Below are positions 29,454-39,058 of a stretch of 64,000 nt of DNA, one piece after another. The position numbers and the translations under genes are program-made. Position 1 is the first letter of the stretch; each line of letters begins with the position of its first letter. The stretch lies in the NCBI GenBank assembly GCA_963783305.1, contig CAWAMW010000015.1, forward strand, positions 96,001-160,000, in the 5' to 3' direction. Source of the stretch: an uncultured Gemmatimonadales bacterium. Lineage in GTDB: Bacteria; Gemmatimonadota; Gemmatimonadetes; Longimicrobiales; RSA9. The notes under the pieces are model-generated. The model worked only from the letters and a program-made list of their open reading frames with translations. It had not been told where the DNA came from and did no database searches.

Positions 29454-31259
29454 TTGAACCTCGTCAAGCGACTTTACCCGTACATCCGCCCTTATTGGAA
29501 GGGCTACCTGCTCGGGCTGCTCATGGTGGTGCTGGCGAACGGGTTCGCGATCCTGGCGCCGCGGCTCCTGGGGCAGGCCATCGACGCGCTGGAGCAGACG
29601 GGTGTCACGCACGCGGTCGTGTGGCGCTACGCGGGGCTGATCCTGCTTGTGGCCGTGCTGGCGGGCGCCGCGCGGTACGGTATGCGGGAGCTGCTGAACG
29701 GCTACAGTCGTCGCGTGGAGACGGACCTCCGGCAGGACTTCTTCGCGCACCTCATGCGCCTGGACGCCGCGTTCTACGGACAGTGGCGCACCGGGGACCT
29801 CATGAGCCGGGCGACGAACGATATCCTGAGCGTCCGAATGGCGGTCGGTCCGGCCATCATGTACACGGTGAACACGCTCGTGCTGGGGGCGCTGGCGCTG
29901 GTCTTCATGCTGAACGTGAGCCCTGTGCTCACCGCCTTCGCGCTCATCCCGCTGATCCTGCTGCCCCCCGTCACGCTCTATTTCGGGAAGGTCATCCACC
30001 AGAAGTACGAGAAGATCCAGGAGCACCTGGGGGCGCTCACCACGACGGTCCAGGAAAACCTGTCGGGCGCGAGGATCGTCCGCGCCTACACCCAGGAGGA
30101 CGTGCAGGGTGAGGAGTTCGCCGGGATGAACGAGGAGTACCTGCGGCGGAACATGGATCTGGTGGTCTCCACGGGCGCGTTCTACCCGTCGCTTTCGTTC
30201 ATGGCGGGGCTCGGGATGCTCACCGTGCTGTATGTGGGGGGGCGTCTGGTGATCCAGGACGCCATCACGGTGGGCGACTTCGTGGCCTTCGGCTTCTATC
30301 TGACCATGATGATCTGGCCCCTGATCGCGCTGGGTTGGGTCATCAACCTGTTCCAGCGGGCGGCCGCGTCGCTGACCCGGATCGTGGACGTGTTCGATAC
30401 GCCCGCGGCGATCCGGGGCCCGACAGCGCCGGTGGAGCTGTCGGAGGTGCGGGGCGAGATCGAGTTCCGCAACGTCTCCTTCCGATACCCGGGAACGGAG
30501 CGGCGGGTGATCGAGGACGCGTCGTTCACGCTCCCCGCGGGATCCACGGTGGCGCTGGTGGGGCCCACGGGCGCCGGCAAGTCGACGGTGATCGCGCTCG
30601 TGGCGCGGCTCTACGACCCGACGGACGGCGTGGTGCTCCTCGACGGCGTGCCCCTCCCGGACCTGTCCCTCGCCACGGTACGGAACGCCATCGGCGTGGT
30701 CCCCCAGGACGCCTTCCTCTTCAGCGAGACCATCGCCGAGAACATTGCGCTGGGCATAGAGACCCGGGACGACGCGGAAGCCGACGTCATGGCGCCGGTG
30801 CGGGCCGCGGCCTCCATCGCGCAGCTGGACGAGGCCATTGCCGGGTTCCCGCACGGCTTCGAGACCCGACTGGGGGAGCGCGGGGTGAACCTCTCCGGTG
30901 GGCAGCGGCAGCGGACCACGCTGGCCCGCGCCATCGCGCGTGATCCAAGCGTCCTGATCCTGGACGACTCACTGAGCGCGGTGGACACGCACACGGAGCG
31001 GCGGATCCTGAAGGGGCTGCGTGATGTATTGAGTGATCGCACCGCGCTGATCGTCAGCCATCGCGTCACGGCCGTCATGGAGGCGGACCTGATCCTCGTG
31101 CTGGATGACGGCCGGATCGTCGAGCGCGGCACGCACCAGGAGCTCATGGCCCGGAGCGGTGTGTACGCACGACTGCTCCGACGACAGCTCCTGGAAGAGG
31201 GACTCGAAGGGGACAACCCCGAGGCGGAGACGCTTGCTACCGCCCCCATGGAAATCTAG
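29454..31259 (+). CDS. ABC exporter, fused permease/ATPase (MdlA/MsbA-like)
   Basis: 6 TM helices, GPTGAGKS, LSGGQ, ILDD, SH. Confidence 0.95.
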   Translation: MNLVKRLYPYIRPYWKGYLLGLLMVVLANGFAILAPRLLGQAIDALEQTGVTHAVVWRYAGLILLVAVLAGAARYGMRELLNGYSRRVETDLRQDFFAHLMRLDAAFYGQWRTGDLMSRATNDILSVRMAVGPAIMYTVNTLVLGALALVFMLNVSPVLTAFALIPLILLPPVTLYFGKVIHQKYEKIQEHLGALTTTVQENLSGARIVRAYTQEDVQGEEFAGMNEEYLRRNMDLVVSTGAFYPSLSFMAGLGMLTVLYVGGRLVIQDAITVGDFVAFGFYLTMMIWPLIALGWVINLFQRAAASLTRIVDVFDTPAAIRGPTAPVELSEVRGEIEFRNVSFRYPGTERRVIEDASFTLPAGSTVALVGPTGAGKSTVIALVARLYDPTDGVVLLDGVPLPDLSLATVRNAIGVVPQDAFLFSETIAENIALGIETRDDAEADVMAPVRAAASIAQLDEAIAGFPHGFETRLGERGVNLSGGQRQRTTLARAIARDPSVLILDDSLSAVDTHTERRILKGLRDVLSDRTALIVSHRVTAVMEADLILVLDDGRIVERGTHQELMARSGVYARLLRRQLLEEGLEGDNPEAETLATAPMEI

Positions 31260-31269
31260 CTTCACAACC

Positions 31270-31647
31270 ATGACCGACTTCGATCGCACCATCCTGATCG
31301 TGGAGGACGATGATCTCCTTCGCGACGCGTTCAAGATCCTCCTCGAGGATGCGGGCTACCAGGTGCTGGAGGCGGCCACCGGGGCGGCGGCTCTGGAGAC
31401 GGCACAGCAGCGGCTGCCTGCCCTGATCATCCTGGACATGGGACTCCCGGACCGATCCGGCATCGACGTGGTCCGCTCCATCCGGCTGGATCCAGACCTC
31501 ATCGATACGCCCGTCATCGCCCTGACCGGCCGGGTCGGGGAAGCGGAGAAGCGTGCCTGCCTCGAGGCCGGCTGCGACCGCTACCTCTCCAAGCCCATCG
31601 CCCCCACGGCGTTGCTGGGCGAGCTGCCCGAGCTCCTCACGCGATGA
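31270..31647 (+). CDS. Single-domain response regulator (DivK/CheY-like)
   Basis: ILIVEDD, ILDMGLP, IALTG, AGCDRYLSKP. Confidence 0.9.
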   Translation: MTDFDRTILIVEDDDLLRDAFKILLEDAGYQVLEAATGAAALETAQQRLPALIILDMGLPDRSGIDVVRSIRLDPDLIDTPVIALTGRVGEAEKRACLEAGCDRYLSKPIAPTALLGELPELLTR

Positions 31648-33416
31648 AGCAGCGGCGTTGGGATGATCCCCGCGCCGGGTGGCTCCACAGACTGCTCCAC
31701 CGGTTCTACCGCCTCTATTACCGGGTCAAGTACTCGCCGTTCGCCGCGAGACGCAAGGAGCAGAGCGAGGAGCCGGGCCGCGGGTTCGTCGGGATCCAGA
31801 TCGACGCACTGGCGTTCCAGGACCTCGAGCAGGCCATGGCGGGTGGCCACATGCCGTTCCTCAGGCGCCTGATCGACCGCGACGGCTGGGAGCTGCGCCG
31901 CTACCCGGCAGGGCTGCCCAGCGCCACGCCCGCCGCGCAGGCCTCCATCTTTCACGGCACCAAGGACCGCATCCCCGCCTTCCGCTTCTACGAGAAGGGG
32001 GACCGCCGCGTGCTCATCGGGTCACAGCAGGCGTCGATGCAGTACATCCGGGACCGGCTCCCCGACCACGGGATCCTGGATGGCGGCTCCAGCTATGTGA
32101 ACCTCTACGATGGCGGCGCCGACCGCGCGGTCTGGACGCTCTCGGACCGCAACCGGAGACCCTTCCTCAAGAATCTGGGCGGCGGCCGCGTCCTCCTGCT
32201 CCTGCTGCTGCACCCGGTACGCACGATCCGCATGGGGCTCGTGGCGATCCTCGAGTACTTCCGCGAGGAGCGCGACCGGCTGGTGAGCCAGATGCGCGGC
32301 CAGTCCACGCATTACTGGTGGTACCTGCCGTTCCTGCACATCGGAACCAACGTCGTGCTCCGCGAGCTCCAGACTCTATCCGTCCTCCTGGACATTCATC
32401 TGGGCGTGCCCGCGATCTACACGACGTACAACGCATACGACGAGTTCGCCCACCACTTCGGCCCGTCTTCCCGGACCGCCTACAAGAGCCTCAGGGCCGT
32501 CGACCGTCGCATCAAGGAGATCTTCAAGGCGGTGAACCGTATCCCCGGCCGCCCCTACGACGTCTACATCCTGAGCGACCACGGGCAGACGCCGTCCGTG
32601 CCCTATCGGATCCGCTACAACGAGACGCTCGGCGACACCATCAAGGGGGCCGTGGAGCGCGGTGTGTTCACCATGGCCCGGACGGGGGAGTACGCTCCGC
32701 CCCGGGAGGCCATCGAGTTCCTCGTGGGGGAGATGGAAGAGATCGCCGCCACATCCAGCCTCCCGACCCGAAAGGCCGGCCTGGGTCTCGGACGCTGGAT
32801 CCGGCGTCATTACAACGTGTTCCCGCTGGTCGCCGAGGTCGTCCGGCCCCTGGACGACCACGACCTCGTCGTCACCTACTCGTCCTCCCTGGCGCACGTG
32901 TACTGGACCGATCCGCCCCGGCCCCTCGGGTTCGAGGAGATCCGGGATGATCCGGACCGCCGGGCGCTCCACTATTTCCTCGTCGCGCACCGGGGCGTGG
33001 GTGTGGTGCTGACGCGGATGCTCGACGGTGTGCACGCCGAGAACGATCGCGGTCGTTCCCTCGTCACCGCCGGCGGTGAGGTGGAGGTGCTCACGGGCGA
33101 GGACCCGCTGGCGGTGTTCGCGCCGAGCGCGGTGGAGCGGAAGGCGCTGGTGCATCTCGTGCGGCTCGAGAACGCCGGTGACCTCGTCCTCTTCGGCGCC
33201 TACGACCCCGAGAAGGACCTCCAGGTCTGCTTCGACGACCAGGTGGGGGCCCACGGCGCCCTCGGCGGACGACAGTTCTGGCCGTTCCTGCTCACCGCAC
33301 CGGCACTGGTGCCCGAGCGTCACCCCATCTCGGACCCGCTCGACCTGCACCCTCTCTTCGCGCGCTACCCGCTGAGGGAACCCGACGACGCGGACCGGGA
33401 CCGGTCGCGGGGATAA
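31644..33416 (+). CDS. Alkaline phosphatase superfamily / phosphodiesterase
   Basis: IQIDAL, PSATPAAQ, YDEFAHHFG, LSDHG, AHG; ATGA-coupled to the regulator. Confidence 0.8.
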   Translation: MKQRRWDDPRAGWLHRLLHRFYRLYYRVKYSPFAARRKEQSEEPGRGFVGIQIDALAFQDLEQAMAGGHMPFLRRLIDRDGWELRRYPAGLPSATPAAQASIFHGTKDRIPAFRFYEKGDRRVLIGSQQASMQYIRDRLPDHGILDGGSSYVNLYDGGADRAVWTLSDRNRRPFLKNLGGGRVLLLLLLHPVRTIRMGLVAILEYFREERDRLVSQMRGQSTHYWWYLPFLHIGTNVVLRELQTLSVLLDIHLGVPAIYTTYNAYDEFAHHFGPSSRTAYKSLRAVDRRIKEIFKAVNRIPGRPYDVYILSDHGQTPSVPYRIRYNETLGDTIKGAVERGVFTMARTGEYAPPREAIEFLVGEMEEIAATSSLPTRKAGLGLGRWIRRHYNVFPLVAEVVRPLDDHDLVVTYSSSLAHVYWTDPPRPLGFEEIRDDPDRRALHYFLVAHRGVGVVLTRMLDGVHAENDRGRSLVTAGGEVEVLTGEDPLAVFAPSAVERKALVHLVRLENAGDLVLFGAYDPEKDLQVCFDDQVGAHGALGGRQFWPFLLTAPALVPERHPISDPLDLHPLFARYPLREPDDADRDRSRG

Positions 33417-33485
33417 TCGGATCCTGGCTCCGCACGAATGCCGCGGCGACCCCGGGCGCTCCGTGTCACCGCGGTTCGCTGTTGT

Positions 33486-34490
33486 TCAGCTCGTGGAGAC
33501 CCCGTGGCGGTAGCCGATCATCTTGTAGAGCAGCTTCGCCACCAGGAAATCCGGCGCGTGGAGGCCAGGAATCGGCGCCAGTTCGACAATATCGGCGGCG
33601 TGCACGGTCCGCGTCTCGAACACGCGCCGCAGTAGCCGGAGCACCGGGTACCACTGGAGACCGCCCGGCTCGGGCGTGCCGGTGGACGGGACGAGGGCTG
33701 GATCGAAGCCGTCCACGTCGAAGGTGATGTAGACGTGGTCGCCGAGCCGGCTCACGGCATCCTCGATCCATTCCTCGGAGTCGTGGATGTCATCGGCGTA
33801 GAATACGTGGAGGTGGTCGCGCGATCGCACCAGCCGCGCCTCGTCGCCCGTCAGCGCCCGGATCCCCACGGCCACCAGGGACTCGACCCGCTCATGGATC
33901 TGGTGCATGACCGCCGCGTGGCTGTGCTCCGAGCCCTCGTACTCCGGTCGCAGGTCCGTGTGCGCGTCGATCTGGAGCACGCTCAGCCGCTCCCCACGCT
34001 CTCGCAGCCGCTCGGCCCACGCCGCGATCGGCGGACCCGACAGGCTGTGCTCCCCCCCCAGGAGGACCACGAAGCGGTCACCCGAGACGTCCAGCAGGCG
34101 ATCGTAGGCCATACGCAGCTCACCCATCGCCTCTGCGCCCCCCGCCCCCGTGAGCTCGAGCTGCGGCAGCGTCGTCACTCCCGACTCCGACGGCTCACCA
34201 TCCAGCTCCTGATCGTACAGCTCGATGTAACGCGACGCCTCCAGAATCGCCCGCGGGCCCCCGCCCGTGCCGCCGCCGTAGCTCGTCGTCGCCTCGTATG
34301 GTACCGGCAGGATCACCGACCGCGCCCGCTCGAACGCGCTCGCCTCCTCGTCCAGTCCCAGGAACGTATGCGGCAGCTCCCAGTGCAGCTCCCGCAGCGA
34401 TTCCGGCACACTCATGATTTCCCCATCCGCTATCTCCGATGTGGCAAGGGGACCCCGACCGGGAGCCCCCTCGTCTCGCTGATTCGGCAT
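33486..34490 (-). CDS. speB: Agmatinase
   Basis: PYEATTSY, GGEH, DAHTD, DVDGFDP..TGTPEPGG, DIVE; GGAGG RBS before ATG 34490. Confidence 0.92.
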   Translation of the reverse strand: MPNQRDEGAPGRGPLATSEIADGEIMSVPESLRELHWELPHTFLGLDEEASAFERARSVILPVPYEATTSYGGGTGGGPRAILEASRYIELYDQELDGEPSESGVTTLPQLELTGAGGAEAMGELRMAYDRLLDVSGDRFVVLLGGEHSLSGPPIAAWAERLRERGERLSVLQIDAHTDLRPEYEGSEHSHAAVMHQIHERVESLVAVGIRALTGDEARLVRSRDHLHVFYADDIHDSEEWIEDAVSRLGDHVYITFDVDGFDPALVPSTGTPEPGGLQWYPVLRLLRRVFETRTVHAADIVELAPIPGLHAPDFLVAKLLYKMIGYRHGVSTS

Positions 34491-34516
34491 GTTCCTCCCA
34501 CTGTGGTTCCCCCGCG

Positions 34517-34999
34517 CTACACCGTCTCGATCGGGCAGCTGAGCCCCTTCCACTCCACGGTGTGCCCCGCCGCCTTGCACCCCGAGCACAACCCGAAGAT
34601 CTCCAGACGATACTGCGACGGCGTGAACCCGTTCTCCGCGGCGATCCGGTCCTGCAGACGCTTGAGCTCCGCCTCCTGGATCTCCGTCACCTCCCCACAT
34701 TCCTCGCAGATCATGTGGCCGTGCACAGGAAGCTGGCCGAACAGGTGCTCGTACCGCTTGAACCCCTCCCCGAAATCCCGCTCCGCCACCAGCCCGCTCT
34801 TCACCAGCATCTCCAGCGTCCGGTACACTGTGGCCTTCCCCGTCTTCTCGCCACGCTCCCGCAGTCGCCGCTCGATCTCCTCCACCGACAGATGCGCCTC
34901 CGACTCGAACACCACCTCCGCCACCGCCTCGCGTTGCTGGGTGACCGGGAGCCGCTGCTCCCGCAGGTATCGGCGAAACAGGTGTACGTAGCTCGTCAT
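34517..34999 (-). CDS. Fur family transcriptional regulator
   Basis: TQQR, HLSVEE, ATVYRTL, HGHMICEECG, CSGC. Confidence 0.93.
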   Translation of the reverse strand: MTSYVHLFRRYLREQRLPVTQQREAVAEVVFESEAHLSVEEIERRLRERGEKTGKATVYRTLEMLVKSGLVAERDFGEGFKRYEHLFGQLPVHGHMICEECGEVTEIQEAELKRLQDRIAAENGFTPSQYRLEIFGLCSGCKAAGHTVEWKGLSCPIETV

Positions 35000-35021
35000 G
35001 GTCCTCTCAGCGGCTCTTATC

Positions 35022-35040
35022 GACAATGATTATTGATAGC
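35022..35040. promoter_or_regulatory. Fur-box-like operator
   Basis: Minus strand GCTATCAATAATCATTGTC matches 14/19 of GATAATGATAATCATTATC; 22 bp upstream of the Fur-family start. Confidence 0.65.
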
Positions 35041-35117
35041 AGGATTCCCGGTGTCGCGCAATTCTCACAGCGGCCGGAATCAGTCCTGTCCGGTGGGCTG
35101 CCGGAGCGGGAGGAGGA

Positions 35118-35822
35118 TCAGCGCCGGAGCCGAGGGTTCTTCTGGATCTCGGCGAGAAAGGCCTCGGCCAGCTCGTGGAGCACGGTGGCCCAGCGGTCGT
35201 CACGTCCCTCGATGTGGTGGGAGCGAGGTGCGCCTGCGGGCCCGTCCTTGATCCTTTCCACGACCTCCTCGACGAGCCGGCCGACGCGCTCGGTGGGCGC
35301 CGTGCCGTACTCGTCGAGGGCAAGCCGCGGCTCCGCGGTCTCTTCCCGGGTGGTGTAGTGGGCGGCGTAGACGCGACGTCGGTCGGCCTCGACCTCGGGG
35401 AACGCCGCCACGACGACCACCGACGTCTCGCCCGCCTCTAGCCGGCGGGGCGGGAAGACCCAGATCCGATCGATCCGGTCGATGCCGACGTCCTGTTCGA
35501 TGTTGCGGAGTAGGGCGAAGAGCGGCGCGTCGGGCAGGGAAGGCCCGTGATCCTCCTCGTCCGGCTCTCCCTCTTCACCCCCCTGCCCGGCACGGGCGAC
35601 GGTCTCGGTGGAGGTGGTGCGCAGCATGTCCCCGAACGGATCGAGGGGTGAGGGTTCCCGCTCCTCCGGTTCCTCCGTGGCGGGCTCCCGGTGCTCGGCA
35701 AGCAGCGCCTCGAGCCGGTCCGTGGCCGCGCCGCTCTGATCGGGGTCAGGGGCGTGGTCCGCCGTGGCGGCCTCGGCGCTGTCGGCGGGCTGCGGGGACG
35801 GATCCGGGCGCCTGCCGCTCAT
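35118..35822 (-). CDS. Hypothetical protein (disordered acidic N-terminus, globular C-terminus)
   Basis: ATGA-coupled to nrnA; C-terminal IDRIWVFPP...ETSVVVVAA domain. Confidence 0.7.
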   Translation of the reverse strand: MSGRRPDPSPQPADSAEAATADHAPDPDQSGAATDRLEALLAEHREPATEEPEEREPSPLDPFGDMLRTTSTETVARAGQGGEEGEPDEEDHGPSLPDAPLFALLRNIEQDVGIDRIDRIWVFPPRRLEAGETSVVVVAAFPEVEADRRRVYAAHYTTREETAEPRLALDEYGTAPTERVGRLVEEVVERIKDGPAGAPRSHHIEGRDDRWATVLHELAEAFLAEIQKNPRLRR

Positions 35823-36889
35823 GCGTCGCTCCGGCGGAAGAGGGTCTCCCGGACCACCCTGCGTGTGGCTTCGAGCACCCGGGGCTGCGTCGACTCCAGA
35901 GGCCCGCCAATGAGCGCGCCCGCGGCTTTGTCGTGACCGCCGCCGCCGAACTCGCGAGCGATGACGTTCACGTTCACCTCGCCATTGGATCGGAAGGAGA
36001 CCTTCGTGCCGCCGTCGAGGGTCTGACGGAACAGGAGTGCGACCTCGGTCCCTTCGATGTTCCGGGCGTACTCCGCGACCCCATCGAGGTCGTCGGCGCC
36101 GGCGTCCATCTCGTGGGTGACGGAGCGCGGAACGGTAATCCACGTGATGGGGAGGTCCGGATCGACCTGCAGCCCTTCGAGGGCGAGGCGGAGCATGGTG
36201 ATGCGCCGGAGCGGGACGGTGGCGTGGAGCCGGCGGTAGGCCGCTTCGGGGTCGAGCCCCCGATGGAGGAGATCTGCGGCGATCGCATGCGTCCGGGGCG
36301 TCGTGTTGCCGAAACGGAACGAGCCGGTGTCGCCTTCGATGGCGGTGTACAGCCCCTGGACCATGGGCGCGCTCCAGTCGCCGGCACCGCCGAGGGTGAA
36401 CAGGTCGTAGATCAGCTCGCCGGTGGCGCACGCCGAGGGGTCCCGGACGCCAGGTCCCGGTATGGAGTCGGGGGAAGTCGGGTGGTGGTCGATGACCGCT
36501 ACGGCCCCTTCCCTGATATTCTTCGCGACGCGCCCGATACGCCCGGGCTCGCCGGTGTCCAGCACCAGCAGCAGCTCGGTGGACCTGGCCCGCGAGTCCA
36601 GCGTCGTCCCCGGCTCAATGACCTCCACGCCCTCGGAAACCAGAAAGCGGTACCGGTCCGGGAACGGTGTCGGATTGAGGATCGACACCCGCTTCCCGCG
36701 CGCCACCAGCCAGGAGGCCAGCGCCGCCTCCGACCCGGCGCCATCCGCGTCGGCGTTCACGTGCGTAGTGAGAGCGATGTCGCTCACCCCCTCGATGCGC
36801 GCGAGCACATCGCGGAAGGGTTCACGACGCGGTTCGGGAACCGCCAGGATCTGGTCGATCGGCGCGGAGGCCGCAGGTTGGGTAGCCAC
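35819..36889 (-). CDS. nrnA: DHH/DHHA1 bifunctional oligoribonuclease / pAp phosphatase
   Basis: THVNADADG, VLD, IDHH, DTGSFRF, SFRS, GGGGH. Confidence 0.9.
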   Translation of the reverse strand: MATQPAASAPIDQILAVPEPRREPFRDVLARIEGVSDIALTTHVNADADGAGSEAALASWLVARGKRVSILNPTPFPDRYRFLVSEGVEVIEPGTTLDSRARSTELLLVLDTGEPGRIGRVAKNIREGAVAVIDHHPTSPDSIPGPGVRDPSACATGELIYDLFTLGGAGDWSAPMVQGLYTAIEGDTGSFRFGNTTPRTHAIAADLLHRGLDPEAAYRRLHATVPLRRITMLRLALEGLQVDPDLPITWITVPRSVTHEMDAGADDLDGVAEYARNIEGTEVALLFRQTLDGGTKVSFRSNGEVNVNVIAREFGGGGHDKAAGALIGGPLESTQPRVLEATRRVVRETLFRRSDA

Positions 36890-36948
36890 GCGCCAACTCT
36901 ACCCGGTCGGCCCGGGCCGCGGCAACCCCCCGCCACCAAAGCGCACGA

Positions 36949-38211
36949 TCAGGGAAAGAGCTTCGCCACCGTCGAAGCGATGTGCACGAGCCTCGATGCC
37001 TCCCTCCCCCGGACGGAGCCTTCCGCCAGCGCCGCGAGGAACGCGCGAGGCTCCTTCTCGAACGAGGGGACTTCCACCCAGGCGTTGCCGATCTCACCCA
37101 GAGTGTGGGCGTCGGACCCCGCACCGAGGGGGAGCGACCGCTCCCGGGCCCAGGCCTGCGCGCGCGCGTTCAGCGCGGAATCGTGCAGCCGGGCGTTGAA
37201 TCCCTCCACGGCGTCCACGAGATCCTCGATCTCGGGGAGGATCCGACCGCCGCCTCCCTTCCCGCCCGCGAAGGGGTGGGGCACGTACACCAGTCCTCCC
37301 TGCTCGTGGATCCGCTCGCAGGTCTCCCGCGCGGGTGTACCCTTTGGGATCCACTCGCGGAGGAACAGACCGGTGATGTCCACGCCCTCGGCGGTCTTCA
37401 CCTCTTCGCCGGGGATCACGCGATCGGGGAAGCGTTCGGCCAGATCGAGGGCCGCCTCGATCTCGTTGTGGTCGGTGACGCAGATCCAGCCGAGCCCCAC
37501 TTCGGCGGCCCGCTCCACCACGGCAACGGGATCGCTCCGGCAGTCGAAGGAGATCCGGGTGTGGATGTGGAGGTCCACCCGGACCCGACCGGCGGAAGCG
37601 GCCTCCTCGTGGACGCCCGACCTGCGCCGGATCTCTCGCCATGCGGCGTCCGCCCGGTCCCGAAGCGCCTCCAGGGACGCCGTGTTCTCCACCACCAGGT
37701 CAGAGCGGGCGCGCTTCTCTTCCGTGGGTATCTGCGCGTCGATCATCGCACGGGCCTCGGCTGAAGTCAGCCCGCGGTCCCGGACCAGCCGTTCGGCACG
37801 GACATCGGCGGGCGCGTCGACCAGGACGATCAGGTCGAACTCGTCCTGCATCCCCACTTCGAACAGGAGCGGGATGTCGTGCACCACGATCCGCTCACCC
37901 GCCTCCAGGAGCCGCGCCTCCTCCAACTCGCGCAGGCGTGCAACTTCGGGGTGGACGATGGACTCCAGCCGGCGCCGGGCTGCCCGGTCAGCGAAGACCA
38001 TGCGGCGGAGCGCCGCCCGGTCCAGCTGCCCCTTGAGTATGACACCGTCGCCGAACGCTTCCCGCACGCGGGCCAGGCCCGCGCTGCCCGGCTTCACCGC
38101 CGCCCGGGCGAGCACATCGGCATCGACCACCGCGGCGCCCTGCTCAGCCCAGCTCCGCGCTACGGAGGATTTCCCGCTGGCGACATTGCCCGTCAGTCCG
38201 ACCCGATACAC
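36949..38211 (-). CDS. coaE: Dephospho-CoA kinase fused to a C-terminal PHP phosphoesterase domain
   Basis: GLTGNVASGKS, DAD, LDR, IVHP, DIPLLFE; then DLHIHT, TDHN, GEE, PHP, GSDAH. Confidence 0.9.
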   Translation of the reverse strand: MYRVGLTGNVASGKSSVARSWAEQGAAVVDADVLARAAVKPGSAGLARVREAFGDGVILKGQLDRAALRRMVFADRAARRRLESIVHPEVARLRELEEARLLEAGERIVVHDIPLLFEVGMQDEFDLIVLVDAPADVRAERLVRDRGLTSAEARAMIDAQIPTEEKRARSDLVVENTASLEALRDRADAAWREIRRRSGVHEEAASAGRVRVDLHIHTRISFDCRSDPVAVVERAAEVGLGWICVTDHNEIEAALDLAERFPDRVIPGEEVKTAEGVDITGLFLREWIPKGTPARETCERIHEQGGLVYVPHPFAGGKGGGGRILPEIEDLVDAVEGFNARLHDSALNARAQAWARERSLPLGAGSDAHTLGEIGNAWVEVPSFEKEPRAFLAALAEGSVRGREASRLVHIASTVAKLFP

Positions 38212-38214
38212 GTC

Positions 38215-38652
38215 CTACCTCAATCGCAGCCGCCGCCGTCGCGGAGCCCGGTACCGGATTTTCGTCGTCATGTCGTCATCGGTGTCGTACGTCATGTCCG
38301 GTCCGGCGGATATGATGGTCACGCTGTCAGGGTCCTGCTCCATGATGAGGGGCGCGCCCCAGGCGTCGAACGGCTCCACGTCGTGTCGCTCCAGCAACTG
38401 ACGAAAGTCGCTCGGGTAGGGGGCCGACGTACCCAGGTTGCGGTTGCGGACCAGCAGGCTCGCCGCCTCCGCAATCCGCGTCTCCGTCCGCAACGTACGG
38501 TACGGTGTCAGCACCGGCGCCATCGGTCCCTCCAGCCGCTCGGCCAACCAAACCCGGCTCGCATCGATCTCCGGCTGCATCCGCTGACGAAGGCTCGGCA
38601 CGAGCAGAATCGCCAGCGTGATCACGAGCACAGCCAGGATGAGCCGCTTCAT
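38215..38652 (-). CDS. GspG C-terminal-like (type II secretion pseudopilin-domain) protein
   Basis: N-terminal TM, DAWGAP...IISAGPD...TDDD; lacks a prepilin cleavage motif. Confidence 0.65.
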   Translation of the reverse strand: MKRLILAVLVITLAILLVPSLRQRMQPEIDASRVWLAERLEGPMAPVLTPYRTLRTETRIAEAASLLVRNRNLGTSAPYPSDFRQLLERHDVEPFDAWGAPLIMEQDPDSVTIISAGPDMTYDTDDDMTTKIRYRAPRRRRLRLR

Positions 38653-38921
38653 CGGGAACGCCCGCTACCGCGGCTCGCGGTCATCCGGTTCGCCCAGCGA
38701 AGGAAACCATGGAGCTCGGCCGCAGTGGGCTCACGGCCGTCATCGCCGTACGCGGTATGGAGCCGCCACTCGACGTAGTCGCGCGGTGGGACCGGCAGGA
38801 AGGGGGGACGACGCCACCAGCCGCGGGCGCGGAACCGCCACGCGGCCCTCGCCATCGAGGCCAGCAGCCCCGGTCGGCGCAGCGCCCGACCGAGTATGCC
38901 GAAGAGTGATGTAGTGGCCAT
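38649..38921 (-). CDS. Small conserved hypothetical protein
   Basis: WWRRPPFLPVP..YVEWRLHTAYG; ATGA-coupled to the next gene. Confidence 0.7.
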   Translation of the reverse strand: MATTSLFGILGRALRRPGLLASMARAAWRFRARGWWRRPPFLPVPPRDYVEWRLHTAYGDDGREPTAAELHGFLRWANRMTASRGSGRSR

Positions 38922-39058
38922 TCCCGTCCTAGAAAGGTATGACCGGGGAGACTTCGTACAAGATACCCCCTCTCCGGCTCGCGTGCGAGAGGCACGCCGG
39001 CGGTAGCGGTGGACGGACGGATGGCTTTACCTTATCGGGTCTTGTGACCTGAACCGGG

